DNA of 62,490 nt, the filler included, from Aduncisulcus paluster (lineage: Eukaryota), in NCBI GenBank assembly GCA_024181965.1. It is 5 parts of 5 records of this genome, joined end to end, with 100 filler letters (N's around TTAATTAATTAA, not from the genome) between each part and the next. Parts side by side here need not be neighbours in the genome. Positions count along the whole stretch, not along the records: positions 38,770 to 47,122 come from BQXS01012495.1; positions 47,223 to 51,799 come from BQXS01012496.1; positions 51,900 to 62,490 come from BQXS01012497.1; 2 more parts are not named here. One strand, 5' to 3'. A model generated the notes under the pieces. That model was not told the origin of the DNA, did no database searches, and worked only from the letters and a program-made list of their open reading frames with translations. Shown here piece by piece: positions 46,616 through 57,900 of the stretch. Position numbers and translations under genes: made by a program. Numbering within the stretch: the first letter of the stretch is position 1; every line of letters begins with the position of its first letter.

Positions 46616-46801
46616 TGTCAATTCACTTTTTCCAAATTATATAATTAAATTCATCCCCTTTCATCCTTTACGATAAAATAACTTCCAAAATCACTTCTTT
46701 CAGGAATATTGAAGGTTTCTCAGTGTTCTATTTATAGACCTGATGTCCTTCCGTTTACTTTCTAATAAATTGCTACCGTTTCTATCTCAGAGATAACGAC
46801 A
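46616..46801 (+). mobile_element. LTR (family C); left boundary uncertain
   Basis: TCTATTTATAG, then AATAAATTGCTA, then GACA about 32 nt later, followed by a palindrome and a gag ORF. Confidence 0.5.
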
Positions 46802-46818
46802 ATATTAATATTGAGCAA

Positions 46819-47122
46819 ATGGGAAACAAAGTAGTTCACATTGGCGTTAAAAAACTGAAAGAGAAGGAGCTGCCCGCTCCTTACCTCGAATCACTGGATT
46901 CTCTCATGTGGGAGAAGTTCCTAAACGCGTACGACCACTACCGCTCTTTGGGAGGCAAAAGATATTGGCCTGCCCTATGCTCCGCAGCCGCTCTTCGTAT
47001 TATTATGATTATTTCGAAAATCTCCGATTTTACGTTGGCTAAGAATCGTAAAGAAGCTAGAGCTAAGGTGTCTGCAGTATATCGTGGTAGTTCACCACAA
47101 TCTATAAGTGACCAGTTAAAAG
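46819..47122 (+). CDS. gag: Gag N-terminus (family C), cut by the scaffold end
   Basis: LPAPYLESLDSLMWEKFLNAYDHYRSLGG aligns with IKPPILRDYNPRAFSAFVNEYQIYTLQGG in the gag at 42518. Confidence 0.65.
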
Positions 47123-47222
47123 NNNNNNNNNNNNNNNNNNNNNNNNNNNNNNNNNNNNNNNNNNNNTTAATTAATTAANNNNNNNNNNNNNNNNNNNNNN
47201 NNNNNNNNNNNNNNNNNNNNNN
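47123..47222. other. Artificial scaffold linker
   Basis: N-TTAATTAATTAA-N. Confidence 0.97.
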
Positions 47223-47296
47223 AATCTGTACCCACCTCTTTCCCTTCTTTCACTCCAGATGTCCTCTCAGCCGCTGCTTCCTCGCTGACATCATCC

Positions 47297-49384
47297 ATGT
47301 TCCTTGATAAGGGTAAGGATGCCAAGTCTTTGTCAAGCCATAGTTCAGGCCGTGGCACCCCTGGAGCCTTTGACATTGGAGGCAGTTCATCTGGCTCTCG
47401 GTCGACCTCTATCCCTGCTTCACACTCTGCCACTCCTCCTATTGTTCCTTCCAGGATGCTCCCCACGACCACATCCTCCTCCCTGCCTTTCTCAGGTGGA
47501 CCTATAGGCCCATGTGTGCTTGGATATTGCGACAGTGTCGGGTGTGATGCTGTCCCTGATACTGATAGACTTCTCTTCCCCTCGAAGGTCTCTATCAACG
47601 ATCCCCTGCCTTCCTTCTCTCCCTCTTCCATACCAGAGGAGCTATCTCGTGGAAATATGAGGATTAGCAGCATCCTCGGATCATGCATCAATCCATGTAA
47701 GACTGACAGAAGGTTTGGTCTATGTGAGATGAAGTTTGCTGATATCATCGGTGAGAAGGGCCATTCTGTGCTCAGAAATCTTCTTTTGGTGAGTCTGAGT
47801 TCCCTAGCCCGTCAATTCTTATTGTTAGATGAGAAGAATACCTCTGATGGTTCTGAAGACTCTGCTCCTTTCTCCTCGCCTTTCTCTGTTCTGTCAGCCC
47901 TTGGTGATCTCTCTGTTGTTGCTTTACCCGGAAAGAGCATTTTCAGTGTCATTCCCGATGCCTCTGGGTGTGGAAGCGTTGGAATTGATGAAACTGAGGT
48001 GGAAAGTATCCGCAAAGATCGTATTTCCTCTGAATCGGGGGCTGAAATTGAGGAGGAGGATCCTGACCGCATTGTGTCCTCCCATTCTCTTGCTAACCAG
48101 CTTGCACAGAGGTCAGCGAGTACTAGATTCATGGTCGGTGTAGACAGTGATGATTCTGAGAAAATGATTCGCAAATCTCACTCTTTGCCTTGTCCCAAAG
48201 AAATGGGATGTCAACCGCCAGACTATTGTGTATTCCAAGCAAATGTCAGTGGAAAGCCTGGCGCCATGACTCATTCACCCTCTTCCTTGTGTTCATGTTC
48301 CCGTGACCGTTCAGATGTGGAGGATGTCATTATGCATAGCATGATTATCCACAGACCATGTGGAATGCAACGCGATGTCTTCACTGGAAATGTTGTCAAC
48401 ATTGAGTGTGCTGATGACATTTCTCACATCTCTGATGGCAATGTGAAACCATGGGATGGTGACAAGGACAAAGAGGAAAGGAAGGATCCCGTTGTGAAAA
48501 TATCTGTGAAGGAATGTGATGTTCAGGTCCGTGCCCCATGTGTGAACATTGTTATCCACCTACCGGCTCCACATTCATATGATCTCTCTCTGCTCGTCCG
48601 TCCTCACATCAAGGTAGGAAAGCAAGAAGAAACCACGGAAGCCGAGGAAAAGGAGGAAGATAGTACCATTAGCAAGACTGAAGCTGACTCCAAGAAGCCC
48701 CAAGAGTCTGTCTCACGTTGGGCAACTTTCAAGGAACGTGCTGAGCAAAAACGTGGTGAATTGACCACTTCCTGTGTCGATAGCTCTGATAAACTTGGTC
48801 GGACTATTCTTTCTTCCTTCGTATCTCGTTTGTGTGCTGTTCCCCTCCCTGGTTGTGCCTATCCTGTCAATCGTGTTGCTTGTGACATGCCCACGGTGTT
48901 CTCTCTTATTGCTCTTCCATTGCCCTCTGAGGAGATGAAGACGACACACAAGGACGACGGTGTTGGGCTTATTCCTCTGGCTGAAGGAAGAAGTGCCGTG
49001 TTGATCCGTCGTAAGGATATGTTCTTGCAGATGGCACAGCCAGATGAGGTTAGAGATGCTCGTGATGAGACCCTTACCGTGTCCATTAGTGAGCTTGTCG
49101 ACTTCACTCACCTTGACCCTACCGATGGTGATGAGGAAAGACTCCGTTACCTTCCTACTCGTAGAAAAAGACCTGTTGTATTCAGTCGATGCACTGGGTA
49201 CGGATGGGTTGAGGAAGTGGAAAGTGTCGATGATCAAGGTGAAGCTTGCACAAAGCAATACGAACGTGCTCCACAGCCCATGATCCTTGATGCTCTTGCT
49301 GATAGTGACTCCCTCGATAAGGCGACTGAAAGAGTTCAACTTCTCGTCACTGATGTTGTTCGTTTCCTTGAAAAAATTCTATAA
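47297..49384 (+). CDS. Hypothetical protein, probably the 3' part of a larger gene
   Basis: 695-aa ORF starting just after the scaffold edge. No recognisable domain. Confidence 0.75.
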   Translation: MFLDKGKDAKSLSSHSSGRGTPGAFDIGGSSSGSRSTSIPASHSATPPIVPSRMLPTTTSSSLPFSGGPIGPCVLGYCDSVGCDAVPDTDRLLFPSKVSINDPLPSFSPSSIPEELSRGNMRISSILGSCINPCKTDRRFGLCEMKFADIIGEKGHSVLRNLLLVSLSSLARQFLLLDEKNTSDGSEDSAPFSSPFSVLSALGDLSVVALPGKSIFSVIPDASGCGSVGIDETEVESIRKDRISSESGAEIEEEDPDRIVSSHSLANQLAQRSASTRFMVGVDSDDSEKMIRKSHSLPCPKEMGCQPPDYCVFQANVSGKPGAMTHSPSSLCSCSRDRSDVEDVIMHSMIIHRPCGMQRDVFTGNVVNIECADDISHISDGNVKPWDGDKDKEERKDPVVKISVKECDVQVRAPCVNIVIHLPAPHSYDLSLLVRPHIKVGKQEETTEAEEKEEDSTISKTEADSKKPQESVSRWATFKERAEQKRGELTTSCVDSSDKLGRTILSSFVSRLCAVPLPGCAYPVNRVACDMPTVFSLIALPLPSEEMKTTHKDDGVGLIPLAEGRSAVLIRRKDMFLQMAQPDEVRDARDETLTVSISELVDFTHLDPTDGDEERLRYLPTRRKRPVVFSRCTGYGWVEEVESVDDQGEACTKQYERAPQPMILDALADSDSLDKATERVQLLVTDVVRFLEKIL

Positions 49385-50913
49385 TCGTGATTGAATTTAT
49401 TCTTTTTCTATTCACTGATTTTTATATCAACTCTCATGATGAGAGCCTCTCATTAAGTTAACAAGTAAACTCCCTATCACATTGNNNNNNNNNNNNNNNN
49501 NNNNATGAGACCCTTACCGTGTCCATTAGTGAGCTTGTCGACTTCACTCACCTTGACCCTACCGATGGTGATGAGGAAAGACTCCGTTACCTGCCTACTC
49601 GTAGAAAAAGACCTGTTGTATTCAGTCGATGCACTGGGTACGGATGGGTTGAGGAAGTGGAAAGTGTCGATGATCAAGGTGAAGCTTGCACAAAGCAATA
49701 CGAACGTGCTCCACAGCCCATGATCCTTGATGCTCTTGCTGATAGTGACTCCCTCGATAAGGCGACTGAAAGAGTTCAACTTCTCGTCACTGATGTTGTT
49801 CGTTTCCTTGAAAAAATTCTATAATCGTGATTGAATTTATTCTTTTTCTATTCACTGATTTGTATATCAACTCTCATGATGAGAGCCTCTCATTAAGTTA
49901 ACAAGTAAACTCCCTATCACATTGCGATCCTAATTTGATGTCACTACTCTGGACTAGAGTCTGTCGAACTGGTTCTTTGTAAAAATCTTTCTATATATGT
50001 ATGAAACTATTAATACCGACGTATCGAATAGATTTCATTTACAAAGGGTCAACACACAAGATTACATGACATATATATTAATATTCCGGATTAAATGCCA
50101 AAATACATGAGTGATATAATGTGCTTCATCACATCAGATCTCCAGGGAGCTCATCAAAAAGACATTGAAATTGATTGGAAAAAATTGAAAATGAAATCAA
50201 CGATACATTGTTGATTTCTGCACCCCGGATCATTTTATTGTGCGATGAGATCTAACATGCAAATATATCTTCTTTTCTTTGCATAACTTAAAACCCTTTT
50301 CTGTGTTTATCTCCTTGTTATCCACAAGAAATTTAAACAATCGCTTTTCCTGATCTAAAACAACTATCTCTGATCTAACAAACAATTTATTCACACCTTT
50401 TATACATATATAAAACTATATATTCCCCCCTTTATCCCCACATAACAACACATAACAAAATGTTTTCCATGTTTGATTCATTCAATCCTTTCATGAGGCG
50501 TCCAATGCCTTCACAATACATTCCACGTCAACGAGTCCCATCTCGCCCACGCTCTGCCATGTCTGGTTTATATTCCCCATACTCTGNNNNNNNNNNNNNN
50601 NNNNNNTGCATAACTTAAAACCCTTTTCTGTGTTTATCTCCTTGTTATCCACAAGAAATTTAAACAATCGCTTTTCCTGATCTAAAACAACTATCTCTGA
50701 TCTAACAAACAATTTATTCACACCTTTTATACATATATAAAACTATATATTCCCCCCTTTATCCCCACATAACAACACATAACAAAATGTTTTCCATGTT
50801 TGATTCATTCAATCCTTTCATGAGGCGTCCAATGCCTTCACAATACATTCCACGTCAACGAGTCCCATCTCGCCCACGCTCTGCCATGTCTGGTTTATAT
50901 TCCCCATACTCTG
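49065..50913. other. Two gap-flanking assembly duplications
   Basis: About 49065-49484 = 49505-49924 and 50280-50586 = 50607-50913. Confidence 0.85.
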
Positions 50914-51580
50914 CCCTCTATACTACAGCAACAGCAGCTGATGATGATGATGGGTATGAGTATGAGTATGATGAAGATGAGAATGACTATGATTATAACT
51001 ATGATCCATATGCTGAACAACTTCGTCGTTTACGTGAGCAACGTGCCCAGCAACAACGGCTTGCGGAGGAGCAGCTCGTCGCCAACACCAGCAACGTCTT
51101 CGCCAAGAACGTCTTCGTCGTGCCCATCAACAACGACTTGCACGAGAAGAAGAGGAAGCTGCTGCACGTTATCGTTCTGCCTTGCTTGAAGAACTTCTCG
51201 GTGGTGGTAGAAAGAGTCATCAGAAGAAGAAGAACCATGAACGTGCTCCCAATACCGCTGAGCAGCGTCAACGTTCATCCTCGATGTCTGCATCCTCGAC
51301 ATCCATCCCTCAATCCTCTTCTCCTACTTCTTCCCCGGCTTCTGCTTCTATCCCTGAGCTTCCACAACACCCTCTGTCACACCCCTCTGGGGCAGGCATC
51401 CACTCCAACACATCCTCAGACCTCTGGGGTGAAGACTCTGTCGCATGGTCTCTCCTTGGCAAGGTTGGTCGTCAGATGCTTGAGATGTATGTTGACGACG
51501 ATGAAGAAGAGGAGGAGGGCGAAGAAGAGGAGGAGGAGAGCAACATCATCTATGTATCTTCACAGAACTGGGAGAAGTGA
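50787..51580 (+). CDS. Low-complexity charged protein with an apparent 1-bp deletion near 51071
   Basis: EQLRRLREQRAQQQRLAEE continues naturally as (A)ARRQHQQRLRQERLRRAHQQRLAREEEEAAARY... in the frame of 51182-51580. Confidence 0.65.
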
Positions 51581-51799
51581 AGGATTTAGGATATTCATAT
51601 TCTTCCATTGACCGATTATACCGAGTGCTTGCGAAATAAAGATGTTGATTTATTCTGTTTATTATTATTTCATCTTCTCAAAAAATATTGTGATAATAAT
51701 TGATGTCATAACATTCCCGTTATATTGTTTTTGAAGAAATCTTCCAAATTCTATTTTTAGAACATCATGATGGGATAGTTGGTGATGATCATCAACAAA

Positions 51800-51899
51800 N
51801 NNNNNNNNNNNNNNNNNNNNNNNNNNNNNNNNNNNNNNNNNNNTTAATTAATTAANNNNNNNNNNNNNNNNNNNNNNNNNNNNNNNNNNNNNNNNNNNN
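51800..51899. other. Artificial scaffold linker
   Basis: N-TTAATTAATTAA-N. Confidence 0.97.
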
Positions 51900-51948
51900 A
51901 TTCGGCACGACTCAACAGACATTTTTAAAATATTTCTTCAATTCCCCG

Positions 51949-54900
51949 GTGTCTTCTCTATTGATGGACCAAATCTATAGTTATATCTGTGAGAAAGAAA
52001 AGAAAGATGTTGACCATTTGAAATTGAAATGGATTCATTCATTAAAAAAAGAGATGGTTGTTGATTCTGATGCAAAGGAAAAAGATATTATGCGACGTGC
52101 AAAAGTCAAACATATTTTAGGTCCAAAACGTCAACATATCCTTGATACACTTGGTCTTTCCATTGATTTTATGGGCAATTCGAGCGAATATTTGTTTGAG
52201 AATGCCATGTTTGAGAAATACCAAAAGGAAGAAGAAGGAGAAGGAGAAAAGGAAGAAAAAGAAGAAGAAGGTTCAGAAGAAGAAGAAGAGCAAGAGAGAG
52301 GAGAGAGAGGAGAGAGAGCACGGAGAAGAGGTTCATCAAGACGTAGATCTGGAAGAAAGAATAACACTAAAGCCAAAACAAAAGCTAAAAATGCTAATTT
52401 TAAGTCTCATACTCAAACTAGACGTCTGGATGTGAGAAGAGATGATGACCATGACCATGACCATGATGATAACCATGAGTATGGAAGTGTTAATGATGAT
52501 AGTAGAAGTTCTGAAGATATATCACATTCACGTTCACGTTCTTCTTCTTCTTCTTTTGAAGGTGCTAGGACAATGCGGACAACAACTGTTTCTGCCAGAT
52601 CATCAGCCAGATCATCAGCAAGGAAACATAAGGATAAGGATAAGGATAAGGATAAGGATAAGGACCACCAAGAAAGAGGAAAGGGGAAGAAGGAAAAGAA
52701 GAAGAAGGAACATAAGAGTAGATCTACATCTTCTCCTCCTCTTCGAAGGTCTTCTCACCCTCATCGTCATGGTTCACATCCAACTACAACAAAACCTTTC
52801 CAGCATGTCATGCCAGGTTTCTCTGGTACATCCTTTGGATCACGTGGCATCACATTTGAAGACATGTCATTGTACATTAAATCTGCTTCAAACCCAGGTA
52901 ATGGTAAGTTCCACGTGAATATATGGGAAAGAGATAGAATAGGCGATGATAATGGAGCCTTCTCTCGTTTTCAGTGGATGCTGTGGTCCCAAGAAAGGAA
53001 GAGAAGAGCTCTTGCCAGAGATTATAACCATAACAGTCTTGAGAAAGAAGGAGCTTTGAATCCTTTGTTATGTGAGAATGACGGTGGTTATTTGTATTCC
53101 TCATTCCCTGCTGTTGGAGATAAAGAAGAGAGTTCCGATTGGAATGATTCTGACCTCGATTCTGACCTCGATTCATCTTCTTTCACTTCTTCTTCCCAAG
53201 TGTTTTCTGATCATGACCACGACCACGTGCTCCATCAACACACAAATGGGATAGCTGGACCCATGCCTCTGCACGCAATCAGAATGATGGGAAATGATGT
53301 GGATGTGGGTCATCATCATGGCTATGGCTATGGTACTACAAAAACATCATCAAGTGGAATTGGGAATAATAATTATTATAACAACACAACAACCAACCAC
53401 CCTGGTTATCAGAAACACCATAAACATCACCGTCATTCTGTTGCTGCTGGTACTGTTGGTGCGGCTGGTGTTTGTGCTGCTGTTGGTGTTGGTGACACAC
53501 ATCCACACAGAACCAGATCTGGGACAAGAACTGGAAGAACTGGAAGAACTGGAAGAGATACTACTACAACTACTCGTGGAGGTACTATTGGAACTGATAG
53601 TAGAAGTAGATATGAGTCTGGGAATATGGGTAATAATAATAGCAAAGGAATGTCGACTCTGGCACCATATTATGTACAACCAGCTCTTTTGTCAAAATAT
53701 CTATCTTCTCTTTCTTTCTCACTGAACTATTTTTATGCCGCATATGATCAATTCCTTCAAACAAGTACTATTTTGAGAGATCTTGAGAAGAAACAGAAAG
53801 CCAAGAAAATGAATGGAGTTTCTGATGAGAATTTCCCAATGTTCAATATATTCAAGAACCAAGAAGTTACGAGCAAAATTATGTTTGTTACTAGATACAG
53901 TGAGTTATCAAATATGGACATTTCGGGGAAACATTGTGTCTATGGATTATTGTTTGTCTTCTTTGTTGTAGCTTTCTTTATCACTTCATTGTTCTTTGAT
54001 GGAATTCCCATGATTATTACGTCGTCTCAACAGAGTTTATTTGGTCTTCACACGGTTGCTTCTCTTGCTGCTTCTTCATTGTCAATGTCTCTTTCGCAAC
54101 CCTTTGTGGATAACTCACCCAAAATCAGGAGAAATATCCTCTCATTGAAATGGGACTTGGAAGACCCTGAATCAGCTCTTGAGTTCCAAATACCAACGGA
54201 ACCTCCTAATTTCTTGTCACACCCTTCAACGATTTTCCCTTCGCTCGCTGACTCACCTTCATTTGACTGGCTCAGTGTAGGAATTGATTCTCTTAAGACA
54301 GCCATACATTCATCCCAAAGAATCGGTGGTCTAAAAATGGATTTGTCCCTCGTTAATCCATTATATTCCTCAGCTGACACTGATTCTGGTGATGACACTG
54401 ATTCTGGTGATGATACTGATTCTGGTGATGACGAATCTAATTATGGAATAATCTTGAATTCCGTTGACTCATTGACATCACAGTACTCGTTCCTTGATTT
54501 TGACTATGATGACTCATGGTCCTTTTCACATGGGCATCAACTACATTTGTTTGAGAATGACATCCATTTCATGACAAATTACTTAACTCCACGCGGCTCT
54601 CCGTCTTCACACACCTCGTTTTTGCCATTATCTAATCTAGATTTCACATATCTCACTGTTGACTCGTATGATGAAGAAGAATCGAGGAAGTTTTGGAGTT
54701 CTTTTGAGGCTGACGGTGCCAGATTTAACTCTAGTCGTCTTATTGTGGATAATAATTTATCTACGCTTGATGAATTATCAGCCAAAAAATCCAAATCCAA
54801 TGTATTTTTATCAAGTTTTATTACATCCCAATCTGATAGCCCATTGCAAGCGATTGAGAGGGAGCCTGGTGATGCTCGTACAATCCAATACTCCTCGTCA

Positions 54901-57900
54901 TCCACACAGGGCAACAGAACATACTTAAATGATAGTCTCAACAGGAAAGTGAAAGATCGTGTTGATAATTATCTGTTTAAGCCGGATCACGAAGATTTCT
55001 TCCTTCGAATGCATAATGATCAGGATAAAACAAGTATTTTCCAACTATTTAGAAATACAACCAATTTACAAATGCACAGATCTTTGTCTTTGCCAATATT
55101 ATCATCACTCTTGATCATGTCCTCATCAAAATCATCAACACACCCTTTGCCCATCTCTCTTGCTCGAGGGTATCGCACAATCCTGCACGGCATAGAGACA
55201 ACCACTACCGATAGTTCTACCGATAGTTCTACCGATAGTTCTACCGATAGTTCTGCCGATATTTCTACCGATGATGAAGATGATGACGACATGGAGATTA
55301 TTGAGATATGTATTCCTGCCACAGTGAGTGATCTTTCATCAGAGCTTTATGACACTTTCTCAACATCATCATTTTCATTTGAATCTCTTTCGGATAAGAT
55401 CACATCTCTTTCGTCTCTCTCAGTGGCTGAGTTTGACATGAATTCTTCGATGTTTCGTTTCCAATCGTCTCTAGAATACTCTTCAAAGGCTTATTGGTCT
55501 ACTATTGGAGTCATATGTCTGGTCTTACCAACAGGCATCATTGTATTATTCTCCATATCGATGAAACAAGCATCTATACACTTGGGATCTGGACTTGTTC
55601 CTTCTAAAAAAGAGATGGCAGAAGAATCTGAACGTGATTGTGACTCTAACAATCAATGGGAAGGTGGAGAGAGGAGACGAGCAAGAGAAAAGAGGAAGAA
55701 ATACAACAGGCTTATTTCTATTGCAGCTGAAAGCACTTCTACTCCTCCTCCTCATTCACAGTCACACTCACAGTCACAGTTACAGTCACAGTCTTCGCCA
55801 CATGATAGAGTGAATCCCAACCCCAACCCTGGTAATAATAACAATAACAATGCTGGTTCAATCCCATACATGACAACTTCTCCTTCAGCATCATCTTCCA
55901 AGAAACGCAAGAAGAGAACGTCTAAGTTCTTCAGTAGACATTCAGAGATTATATACGCTCTTCGTGTGATCTTTGCAAGGTCAGGATTCCCTCTGATCTC
56001 GTCCCTGTTGGGTATTATATTGTGTATTATTATTACTGTCGTGTGCAAACTTATTATGAATCCTTTCCTTCCCGAAACATCTTTTATTGAGGATAATTCT
56101 GGACAATATCATTTCTTATCGACGGAGGAGAAAGAGTTATTCTATGAGAGTGAATCGTATAGCGATAGATTTAACCAACTGAGTATGGATTCTATATCAG
56201 AAGATAAATTCCCCATATACTCCCTTGTCGGAGAGATGGAAAAAGATGTATGCTCCGAATTACCACAGAAAATATCCCAATTTGCTACGTTACATCACCT
56301 AATGTCTGTTTCTTCTGCAAAAGATCGAGCCATTTTGAAAGATAAAATGTTATCTCTCACTGGTATTTCTATTTATACTCATTTTTTGACTTCATTACCA
56401 CCGATAAATACAGAGTTGTCAGCAATGTTGTTCAAACTGATTCCAAAATTAGATACCCTTGAGAAAGTTCTAATTATGGAAGAGGATTTACTTGAGTTTG
56501 CGGCAAAACGAGATTCTGTGTCGCTGACTCACCAAACCACAGAATCGATGACTGCGGAGACCTTTTTTGAGCATTTTGTTGATTTTGATTTCAATAATCT
56601 CACCGAATCCATCATTACCGCTTGCAATGAGTCGTATGAAACCTGTCGTTCCACTCTTGACAGTGTATATATGGACTTTACTGCGACATATCTTGAAGTC
56701 GACTCAGCTTTGTCTCTTGTTTGTTTCTCAGAACCAGCTCAGATATTGAGTATCGACGATTCCTTCTTCAAACATAAAGCACTCGCTTCAGTCCTGATCT
56801 TCTGTGGAGTGTTAAACACGATTGTTCTCGTTTTACGTGGCGCATTTTATTTCATGGAACTTGGTCTCTTGCATGCTGGTATTGTTAGAGAGAGACAACG
56901 ATTCTTGCTATTTACTAGATTAGGGATCAACAATACCTCAGTGAAAAAGTCCAATATTAGTTTATTATATGCTATTTGGGCCATTCTCAATAATACTCTG
57001 ATGTTTATTTGGATATTTGCACTCATGAACTCACTTTCTACAACAATAGCTGTGTCCAAACCGATCCAGTTCTTTGAAAATACGACTAAAAATAGATTCA
57101 TATCGGTGTTTGATGTTGCTTCCGATTCGTATTCTTTCACTTGGACTCTTGCACGTGCTGGCATTGTTTCTCAGCTGATGGATAGATATTATGATCAAAC
57201 GGACACGGACACTGCTGCGGATCTCCAGAGCACCCTTGTGAACATTCTGAGTGCCTTTTCCTTGACTATTGTTGAAGAATGTGATCCATTTGATCTTCGG
57301 TATGGTCTCAATGATCATTTCGACACGTTCTATGTTAACGATCTTGCCACTTTATTGACTGATGAGACCAATGATACATACAACAGATTCACTACCTTAT
57401 ACAGTTTTGATGTTGAAGCTGAGTTATCAGACATCTTCAGTGACGATTCAAGCTCTGACAATTACCCTATTCAACTCTTCCAGACTGCTTTAGATATTGT
57501 TTTTTACTCTGTCCCATCATTAGAATTTTATGATGATGATAGTGCTGATGATAATGCTGATGCTATTGATGGTGAAGACAGCGATTCTATTTCCATCTCC
57601 AAGGCTGAAGCCATGGATATCGTTATTGCATCCATTGAAGATGCTGTTGATACCTTCAAAGAATATCTGAACAATGGCCATGCTTACATGACTGTAAAAC
57701 GTGCCATAAAGAAGAACAATAGGTTTTCAAGCTCAGAGTATCCTGAATTACCCGAAGAAGCTGTGAAAGTTGATGAGCTCGAATCTCCTCTTTCTGCTCT
57801 CAAAACCATCTCTGAGAGTATCATTTCTTCTTCTAACGAACTATTTATGAAGGCTATGATGGGTATTTTCTTGTATGCATTCTTGTCAACATCATTTATT

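Noticed and set aside
22388..51899. Repeated TTAATTAATTAA palindromes inside N-runs
   Set aside because: Artificial six-frame-stop linkers. Adjacency across them has no biological meaning.
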